Below are positions 16,063 to 21,849 of a stretch of DNA of 21,849 nt, piece by piece. Below the pieces are notes generated by a model. The model did not search any database. It was not told where the DNA came from and worked only from the letters and a program-made list of their open reading frames with translations. The stretch covers positions 1-21,849 of the IMG/VR virus record IMGVR_UViG_2693429728_000015. One strand, given 5' to 3'. Both the position numbers and the translations under genes were made by a program. Numbering within the stretch: position 1 is the first letter of the stretch; each line of letters begins with the position of its first letter. The stretch is from a virus. Lineage: Duplodnaviria; Heunggongvirae; Uroviricota; Caudoviricetes.

Positions 16063-16674
16063 ATGGATTTAGTCTTTAAAGTTCTGGCTTCGTTGGGTGG
16101 GGTGTCTTTTGTTGCATCTGGCATATTTGTTTGGATCGGGAAAGTTTATTTAGAAAGATATAAGTCGCGGCTAAACAAAGATATTGCTGAATTTCAATCA
16201 CAACTGAGTGCAACTAATGAAAGAATAAAGGCTAAGTTAGACAATTCTGTTTATGTAACGAAAGCGTATTTTGATAAGGAGTTATCAGCATATAGTCTCA
16301 TTTGGAATTCGATGTTTGAAACCAGAGAAAGCGTGCTTAAGCTGAGGCCTGCGCTGGATCATGTTGACCCCAACGAACCATTTGAAGAGAGAAAATTTAG
16401 AAGGTTGAAAGTTTTTTCTGATGCATTTAACACTTTTGTTACAAGTGTTGAATCTAACAAACCGTTCATCTCACCAGAGGTTTATATAATCTTGGACCGT
16501 TTCCGGAAGGAATGCCTTTCAGAGTCAATATCGTTTAAGCATAGCGATCCAGAATTTGACGGGCAAAATTATTGGAAAGAGGCGGAGTTGAACCATACAA
16601 CCATCATCAAGCTTTTTGATGAGACGTGTGATGCAATTCGAGACAGGATGCACACATTAACTGTGGTTACGTAG
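16063..16674 (+). CDS. Single-pass membrane protein of unknown function (prophage cargo, or moron)
   Basis: The N-terminus has a hydrophobic helix, LVFKVLASLGGVSFVASGIFVWIG. The rest is helical and charged. The gene has its own promoter and terminator and is AT-rich relative to the backbone. Confidence 0.7.
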   Translation: MDLVFKVLASLGGVSFVASGIFVWIGKVYLERYKSRLNKDIAEFQSQLSATNERIKAKLDNSVYVTKAYFDKELSAYSLIWNSMFETRESVLKLRPALDHVDPNEPFEERKFRRLKVFSDAFNTFVTSVESNKPFISPEVYIILDRFRKECLSESISFKHSDPEFDGQNYWKEAELNHTTIIKLFDETCDAIRDRMHTLTVVT

Positions 16675-16766
16675 GTTTCCAAAAAGTCTCGATGCCCGCT
16701 TTGGAGATTGTGCATGTCTATGCCGCATGAATCCGCATGATCGTTTGAGGATCGTTTTAGCTGAGG

Positions 16767-16790
16767 CCCGCCAGGAGTGGCGGGATTTTG
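16767..16790 (+). terminator. Rho-independent terminator after the 203-aa gene
   Basis: CCCGCC (16767-16772), loop AGGAGT, GGCGGG (16779-16784), then ATTTTG. Confidence 0.55.
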
Positions 16791-16834
16791 CTTATGTCAT
16801 GCAGGCGCATGAAAACCGCTACATAAAGCGGGCA

Positions 16835-16853
16835 GGCGTGGCGGGGATACGAG
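16835..16853. other. Candidate cos site (19-nt cohesive-end sequence of a P2/186-family phage)
   Basis: GGCGTGGCGGGGATACGAG shares its first 13 nt with the 186 cohesive end as I recall it (GGCGTGGCGGGGAAAGCAT). The following GCGCGCT matches the sequence just inside the P2/P4 left end (GGCGAGGCGGGGAAAGCACTGCGCGCTGA). Confidence 0.65.
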
Positions 16854-16870
16854 CGCGCGCTCATTACTTT

Positions 16871-16890
16871 TATAATTCTAGGGTTATAAT
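16871..16890 (+). promoter_or_regulatory. Possible promoter(s) for the KAP NTPase gene
   Basis: Two perfect TATAAT hexamers (16871-16876 and 16885-16890) lie 30-45 nt upstream of the ATG. I could not identify a convincing -35 element. Confidence 0.3.
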
Positions 16891-16918
16891 ACGGGGCTGT
16901 CTTTCTAGGAGAAAACAC

Positions 16919-18571
16919 ATGTCCTTAGAGTTTATCAAAGAACAGTTGTCAGATTTTATCTCATCTACAGAACCAGAAGTAATGGCTATACAGGGTGAAT
17001 GGGGAATTGGTAAAACCTATACTTGGAATACGTTCCTAAAAGATAATAAAGATAAGGTTGCATTTAATAGATATAGTTATGTCTCTCTTTTTGGTATAAA
17101 TTCACTAGATTCTTTAAAGTATTCTATTTTTGAGAATGCAATTACAAAGGAATATATTGGAAATAAACCTGATTTGGAGACAGCAACAACAAACGCAAGT
17201 GGACTTTTTGAATCATTTTCTCGAAAAGCAGCAGGTTTGTTAAAAGAAGTTCCTGTTGTAAAAAACTTCTCTACGACACTTGAAGCAATGTCATTTCTGA
17301 CCGTTTCTAAAATGATTGTAGTAATAGATGACTTAGAAAGGCGTGGCAAAAATTTAGATGTTAAAGATGTTTTAGGGCTAGTATCTCTATTAAAAGAGCA
17401 GAAGGATTGTAAGGTGGTTCTATTGCTTAACAATGGCACAGCTAGTATGGAGGATTATTCTACTTATAAAGAAAAGGTCATTGATAGAGATATCACTTAC
17501 AATCCAACACCAGAAGAATGCGCAGATATAGCCTATAAAGGTGATTCTCATGTTTATAACTTGTTAAGTAAATATTCCATTTCTTTAGGTATCAAGAATA
17601 TTCGAATCTTAAAAAAGATAGAACGTTTTTTCGTGTCCTTAATACCAAATATTATAGGTGATGTTGAGACAATTTCAAATGAAGTTGCGCATTCATTAAC
17701 TCTGTATTGTTGGAGCCATTACGGATTTTCTCCAGAGGGAGATGTGCCATCACTAGAATATATTAGGGGAGTGAGGAATATATATACTTATAATGACAAG
17801 GAAGAAGGCCATGAGAAAATCTGGCTTAATACCTTGCTTAAATATGGATATAGAAAAACGAATGATCTTGATGAGGTTCTTATTGATATGGTTAGATATG
17901 GCTATCTTGATAAGAGCAGTTTCCAAAGACAAATAAGCCTAAGGAATGAGGAGATTACGCGTGATAATAAACGAGGTTCCTTATCTGAGGCATGGCAGTT
18001 CTTTCATAATTCATTTGATGACAATCAAAATCAGGTTGTTGACAAGCTATATCAAGCGGTGGTTGATGGGATGAAGTATGTGACTCCAAGTGATTTAGAT
18101 AATGTTGTCGGACTATATAGGGATTTCGGAGAGAATGCTAAGGCGAGTGAATTGATTGAACAGTTTATTAATTATGGTAACGATGCTCTAAAGGAATATG
18201 TTCAATCTATTTATGTGAATGTTCATCCCGTAAGAGATACTGAGTTGTTGTCAAAAATTCAAGCCTATTCTAAGATTATAAATATTGATGGTTCAATATA
18301 TGATGTTCTTAAGAAATTATCAGGTCAGAATGGTTGGTCTGATAGACATGAGGAAATATTGGATGCTGCTTCAGTAGATGACTACTATCAATTATTTAAA
18401 AATGTCATTCTTGATGGTGGTGATTCAATAATAGCTACGGCGCTTAAATTCGGAAATTTTAGTAATGGTTCTGATAGAATGAATCGTATAGGGAAAAAGG
18501 CAAGGGATGCCTTGATAAGAATTGGAGATGAATCGGCGATTAATAAAATGCGTGTAAGGCGATTTTTGTGA
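16919..18571 (+). CDS. KAP-family-like P-loop NTPase, 550 aa (prophage cargo; candidate anti-phage protein)
   Basis: AGGAG lies 8 nt upstream of the ATG at 16919. Walker A is IQGEWGIGKTY (nt 16994-17017). Walker B is MIVVIDDLERRGKNLDVKDVLGLVSLLKE (nt 17312 onward), the DDL(D/E)R signature of KAP NTPases. This is the most AT-rich gene in the window. The ORF-track start at 16727 runs through the terminator and cos and is rejected. Confidence 0.75.
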   Translation: MSLEFIKEQLSDFISSTEPEVMAIQGEWGIGKTYTWNTFLKDNKDKVAFNRYSYVSLFGINSLDSLKYSIFENAITKEYIGNKPDLETATTNASGLFESFSRKAAGLLKEVPVVKNFSTTLEAMSFLTVSKMIVVIDDLERRGKNLDVKDVLGLVSLLKEQKDCKVVLLLNNGTASMEDYSTYKEKVIDRDITYNPTPEECADIAYKGDSHVYNLLSKYSISLGIKNIRILKKIERFFVSLIPNIIGDVETISNEVAHSLTLYCWSHYGFSPEGDVPSLEYIRGVRNIYTYNDKEEGHEKIWLNTLLKYGYRKTNDLDEVLIDMVRYGYLDKSSFQRQISLRNEEITRDNKRGSLSEAWQFFHNSFDDNQNQVVDKLYQAVVDGMKYVTPSDLDNVVGLYRDFGENAKASELIEQFINYGNDALKEYVQSIYVNVHPVRDTELLSKIQAYSKIINIDGSIYDVLKKLSGQNGWSDRHEEILDAASVDDYYQLFKNVILDGGDSIIATALKFGNFSNGSDRMNRIGKKARDALIRIGDESAINKMRVRRFL

Positions 18572-18578
18572 TTTTTAT

Positions 18579-18600
18579 AGGGGTGATTAACCCCTTTTTA
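18579..18600 (+). terminator. Rho-independent terminator after the KAP NTPase gene
   Basis: AGGGGT (18579-18584), loop GATTA, ACCCCT (18590-18595), then TTTTA. It lies 8 nt after the stop and abuts the portal-gene stop at 18602. Confidence 0.65.
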
Positions 18601-18601
18601 T

Positions 18602-19633
18602 CTAATTTAATGAGTAATCATTAAATGCTATGATTTTTTCATTTAGCCAAGTATTAATTTCTATAAGCCTTTTTTGTAACGGAATTAATTCATTTCGGAC
18701 AAAGACTTTACTAGCCTTTTCCACATCCCCAAACCCCCCAACATTATTCGGCATTATCCCCATCATTTGCGGCGGCACGCGGTGTGCCGCCATCATGTCG
18801 TCCCGGCTCACGTTCTTGATATTCAAAAACTCATCCTTCGCTGCGACCTCTGACAACGGGATAATCTGAAGCCCGTCCTTTTTGCCGTTAGGCGAGTACA
18901 TAAACAGGTTGCGGAAGTTGCCCGGACCTTTGGCGCTTTTCATCGCGTTGCGGAGGTTGTTCACATCCTCTTGGTTTTGCGCAGCATCGGTCATATACAT
19001 GATGAAGCCTGCATGGCTGCCGTTAATGTAATACTTACGGCGGAACAACGTGGCGGACTCGTTGAGCAGAGCTGACGGAATGGCAGAAAGATAACCGGGC
19101 AGGCCGTAGATCTCCTGGTTGATATCCGGTTCCATCAGATGAAAGATGCTGCCTTTCGTGAACTGATACGGCTGCGTAGTCATGCCGTATTGCACAAACC
19201 AGTAGGTATCCAGGTCTAACCCGCGTCGGGTGTATTTTGCCAGCGCAGGTTCAAGGGCGATAACTTCACCGAAGCGGTTCGTGCGTTTCTCCAGGTAAGC
19301 GTTACCAAATACCAGATAGTCCTGCACAAAACGTGAAAAAGCCTGCTGGCTGAGAAGCGGGTGAGGGATGTAGGTACTGGTCAGAATGTTGCATTTCACC
19401 GCAATTGGTGAACTGTGATGCACGGCAGCGCGGAAGGTTCGCGCCAGTCCGTCAAAACTCACTGGCGGCTCATACCAGCGATCTGTCTGTACGCATTCTA
19501 CATAGTCCAGCAGTTCGCGGCGGTCCAGAACAGGAACGGGATCGCCAAAGCTGAATGCTTCGGCTGAAGTCTGGCTTTTGTGCTGAATCTGGTTCGTCGA
19601 CACAGCGCGGTTCTTCTTACTCTTTCCCATCAA
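18602..19633 (-). CDS. Q: P2 gpQ-family portal protein
   Basis: It is 343 aa, the size of P2 Q. It is adjacent to and overlaps (ATGA) the terminase gene on the same strand, the characteristic Q-P arrangement divergent from O. Confidence 0.9.
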   Translation of the reverse strand: MMGKSKKNRAVSTNQIQHKSQTSAEAFSFGDPVPVLDRRELLDYVECVQTDRWYEPPVSFDGLARTFRAAVHHSSPIAVKCNILTSTYIPHPLLSQQAFSRFVQDYLVFGNAYLEKRTNRFGEVIALEPALAKYTRRGLDLDTYWFVQYGMTTQPYQFTKGSIFHLMEPDINQEIYGLPGYLSAIPSALLNESATLFRRKYYINGSHAGFIMYMTDAAQNQEDVNNLRNAMKSAKGPGNFRNLFMYSPNGKKDGLQIIPLSEVAAKDEFLNIKNVSRDDMMAAHRVPPQMMGIMPNNVGGFGDVEKASKVFVRNELIPLQKRLIEINTWLNEKIIAFNDYSLN

Positions 19634-21396
19634 AAAATCTCCACAATATTGCTGGTATTGGCGGACTCGCCCTGCAGCGGTTCGTTAAACAGTGCGTGCA
19701 TGGTTGCCCAGGCCAGATCGGCATGGCTGGCTTCTTCGCTGCGGCTGGCTTCATAGGTCGGGCGGTTGCCGCTGGCGGTGGTGGCGCGACGGATTGCCAT
19801 AAATGACTGCGCTATGTCGGTGTGTCCGGCGTCAAACTCCAGACGGCGGTGACTGATAATGTCGTAGGCCTTGAGTACCAGGGCATTTTTAACGTTGGGG
19901 TTGTAGACAAACTCCCGGACGGCAGGAAAAAACGCTTTCACGTTCTCGTAAACCCCGTGACCGACGCCGGTTGAGTCGATACCGATGTATGTCACGTTGT
20001 ACTGTTCAGTCAGTTTTTTGATGGCGTCAGCCTGGGCGCGGAAGTCCATCCCGCGCCACTGGTGACGCTCAAGAATGCGGAACTTACCGCCCGGCACGGC
20101 TGGCGGTGCCACCACCACGCATCCGGCGCTGTCGCCGTTCTGCGTACCTTTTGCCGGGTCATAACCGATCCACACTTCGCGCCAGCCAAACGGGCGCAGC
20201 GCCAGTGCATGAAAGTCGGTCCAGACTTCCCAGCTGTCCACCATGCACGCCTGTAGTTCGCTGAGCGGGAACACGGACGCGAGATCGTCCACAAACTCGC
20301 ACATCAGCAGGTTCTGGTATTCGTCCGGGCTGTATTCCATGCGCAACTGGTCAAGGTCGAACAGGTTACAGCCACTGCGCACCGCATCTTCCACGGTGAC
20401 TATCTGGCGGTATTGCCCGTCAGCGCACAGCAGGCCGGGGGCCAGATTGCTGTGGGACAGATCAATGTCCACCTTGTCGGCTTTGTTGCGTCCACGGTTG
20501 AACAGCGCACCGGACCAGAACGGATAAGCACTGTGGGTCAGGCTGGATGGTGTGGAAAAATAGGTCTGCCGCCATTTCTTGTGAATAGCCATACCGGAAG
20601 CCACTTTGCGTAGCTCCTGAAATTTCGGTATCCAGAAATATTCATCCAGATACAGGTTGCCGTGATAACTCTGGGCCGTGCGGGCATTGGTGCCGAGGAA
20701 GTAAAGCGTGGCCCCGTTAGGAAGCACCATCGGATCGCCTTTCAGTTCCACATCCACTTCTTTGGCGAAGTCGATGATGTACTGCTTAAAGACGTGGGCC
20801 TGTGCCTTACTGGCGGAAAGGAAAATCTGGTTACGTCCGGTAAGCAGGGCGTCAATCAGGGCTTCACGGGCAAAGTAAAAGGTCGCGCCGATCTGGCGTG
20901 ACTTCAGCAGGTTGCGGATGCGGTTGGTTTTTCCGGCTTCCCACCAGTGGCGCTGGTAGTTGAACATGGAGGAATGGAAGATTTCTTCCAGCTTCTCAAT
21001 CTGTTCATCGGTGAAGACATTCTTTTCCGGCTGACGGCGCGGGCCTTTGTTGCGGTTGGCGACGTTAGGGTTTAAGTCAGCTTCGTTGCCGCCATTGTTA
21101 AACTTGCCGATCCGCGCGTGGCGCTCAGACTGGCGCGCCAGCAGGTCAATCTCTTTGAAATCTTTCCCTTCTTTGTGCTCCTTCATAATGAGCTGGCAGT
21201 AGCGTGCGGCGGTGGTGAGCTGCATCTGATCCAGCGGCCCATAGTCACCCCACTTGTCGCGTTTTTTCCAGCTGTGAACGGTTGCAACTTTCTCGCCCAG
21301 CATTTCAGCAATGCGGGCGACGCGGTATCCCTGAAAGTACAGCAGCATGGCCTGCCGACGGGGATCGAGATCTGCGGGTGTCAGTGTGGTGTTCAT
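19630..21396 (-). CDS. P: P2 gpP-family terminase large (ATPase) subunit
   Basis: It is 588 aa (P2 P is about 590). The N-terminus has an HTH-like segment, YFQGYRVARIAEMLGEKVATVHSWKKRDKW. The gene order is Q-P and it is divergent from O. Confidence 0.9.
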   Translation of the reverse strand: MNTTLTPADLDPRRQAMLLYFQGYRVARIAEMLGEKVATVHSWKKRDKWGDYGPLDQMQLTTAARYCQLIMKEHKEGKDFKEIDLLARQSERHARIGKFNNGGNEADLNPNVANRNKGPRRQPEKNVFTDEQIEKLEEIFHSSMFNYQRHWWEAGKTNRIRNLLKSRQIGATFYFAREALIDALLTGRNQIFLSASKAQAHVFKQYIIDFAKEVDVELKGDPMVLPNGATLYFLGTNARTAQSYHGNLYLDEYFWIPKFQELRKVASGMAIHKKWRQTYFSTPSSLTHSAYPFWSGALFNRGRNKADKVDIDLSHSNLAPGLLCADGQYRQIVTVEDAVRSGCNLFDLDQLRMEYSPDEYQNLLMCEFVDDLASVFPLSELQACMVDSWEVWTDFHALALRPFGWREVWIGYDPAKGTQNGDSAGCVVVAPPAVPGGKFRILERHQWRGMDFRAQADAIKKLTEQYNVTYIGIDSTGVGHGVYENVKAFFPAVREFVYNPNVKNALVLKAYDIISHRRLEFDAGHTDIAQSFMAIRRATTASGNRPTYEASRSEEASHADLAWATMHALFNEPLQGESANTSNIVEIF

Positions 21397-21442
21397 GACA
21401 CAAACCTACAGCCTTGAATGAAGGCTTTCCCCGCCTGCGGTT

Positions 21443-21460
21443 TGTGTGGTTGTCGGTACA
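21443..21460 (+). promoter_or_regulatory. Ogr/B-type late-activator binding site (TGT-N12-ACA) of the late promoter for gene O
   Basis: TGTGTGGTTGTCGGTACA fits the TGT-N12-ACA dyad found at about -55 in P2/186 late promoters. It lies about 88 nt upstream of the O start codon. Confidence 0.55.
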
Positions 21461-21538
21461 AATACCGCGCATTGTTTCACTGCCCCCATCACCGCAACCA
21501 TAAGGCTCCAGTAAGTTTTTTCTAACGGAGCACGGCTC

Positions 21539-21849
21539 ATGACAGTGAAAGCAAAGCGTTTTCGCATCGGGGTGGAAGGTGCCACCACTGATGGACGCGA
21601 AATCCAGCGTGAATGGCTGGAACAGATGGCAGCCAGCTACAACCCGGCGGTGTATACCGCGCTGATTAACCTTGAGCACATCAAGTCTTATCTTCCGGAC
21701 AGCACCTTTAACCGCTACGGCAAGGTGACGGCGCTGTTTGCTGAAGAAATCACGGAAGGTCCGCTGGCAGGCAAGATGGCGCTGTATGCCGACGTTGAGC
21801 CAACGGAGTCCCTGGTGGAACTGGTGAAAAAAGGCCAGAAATTATTCAC
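21539..21849 (+). CDS. O: P2 gpO-family capsid scaffold/protease, 5' part (runs off the window)
   Basis: This ORF is not in the supplied track because the window ends before any stop. GGAG lies 9 nt upstream of the ATG at 21539. MTVKAKRFRIGVEGATTDGREIQREWLEQMAASYNPAVYTALINLEHI... is collinear with P2 gpO (FRIGVEG.T.DGR.I....I.EMA..Y.P.VY...INLEH). Confidence 0.85.
   Translation, partial: MTVKAKRFRIGVEGATTDGREIQREWLEQMAASYNPAVYTALINLEHIKSYLPDSTFNRYGKVTALFAEEITEGPLAGKMALYADVEPTESLVELVKKGQKLF

Noticed and set aside
16727-16918. The N-terminal 64-codon extension of the KAP NTPase ORF given in the ORF track (start at 16727)
   Set aside because: The extension runs through a terminator hairpin, the candidate cos site and the TATAAT hexamers. 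It is GC-rich, unlike the rest of the gene, and the internal ATG at 16919 has a strong AGGAG. I treat it as a non-coding read-through frame.
15095-18601. Homologues of the P2 old or tin exclusion genes at the A-to-Q locus
   Set aside because: None of the ORFs shows the OLD ATPase-TOPRIM pattern or a Tin-like size or sequence. The locus holds different cargo, reported separately.
19555-21679. ORFs overlapping the terminase and portal genes and the P/O intergenic region (for example 20010-20294, 20243-20527, 21118-21417, 21305-21679)
   Set aside because: These are shadow frames of the P gene. ORF 21305-21679 would cross the divergent late-promoter region and the start of gene O on the opposite strand.
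1-21849. CRISPR arrays, tRNA or rRNA genes, or long tandem repeats
   Set aside because: Reading the window, I saw no regularly spaced direct repeats and no cloverleaf-like or rRNA-like sequence. The only RNA-gene-derived sequence is the 45-nt ssrA fragment.

Overview
This window looks like an enterobacterial (E. coli-type) accretion of mobile elements at the tmRNA gene ssrA. All family calls below come from motif reading and memory, because no searches were run.

**Left element (1-5641)**
- 1-86 is the right end of IS3. It cuts off the 5' part of a histidine-kinase-like ATPase gene (87-1926).
- That gene is coupled to a receiver(REC)-like protein with a large uncharacterised C-terminus (1928-3676).
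- A frameshifted small membrane ORF follows, then a P4-type integrase (4202-5431).
- The integrase abuts a 45-bp copy of the ssrA 3' end (5597-5641), which I read as an att site.

**186/P2-like prophage (from 5642 rightwards)**
- Backbone, in order: attL arm, integrase, CI, Apl/Cox-like protein, CII, Fil-like protein, small early genes, TraR-type zinc finger, ASCH-like protein, Dam, replication protein gpA, a LexA-controlled operon with a DinI-like gene, cos, portal, large terminase, and the start of the scaffold gene.
- AT-rich cargo is embedded in this backbone at three loci:
  1. A membrane-anchored Dut/Dcd-fold protein plus a divergent ThyX-like protein, between int and attL.
  2. A single-pass membrane protein just before cos.
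  3. A KAP-type P-loop NTPase between cos and the portal gene.

The best candidates for undescribed conflict or defence systems are the Dut/Dcd-ThyX pair, the KAP NTPase and the kinase-receiver pair.
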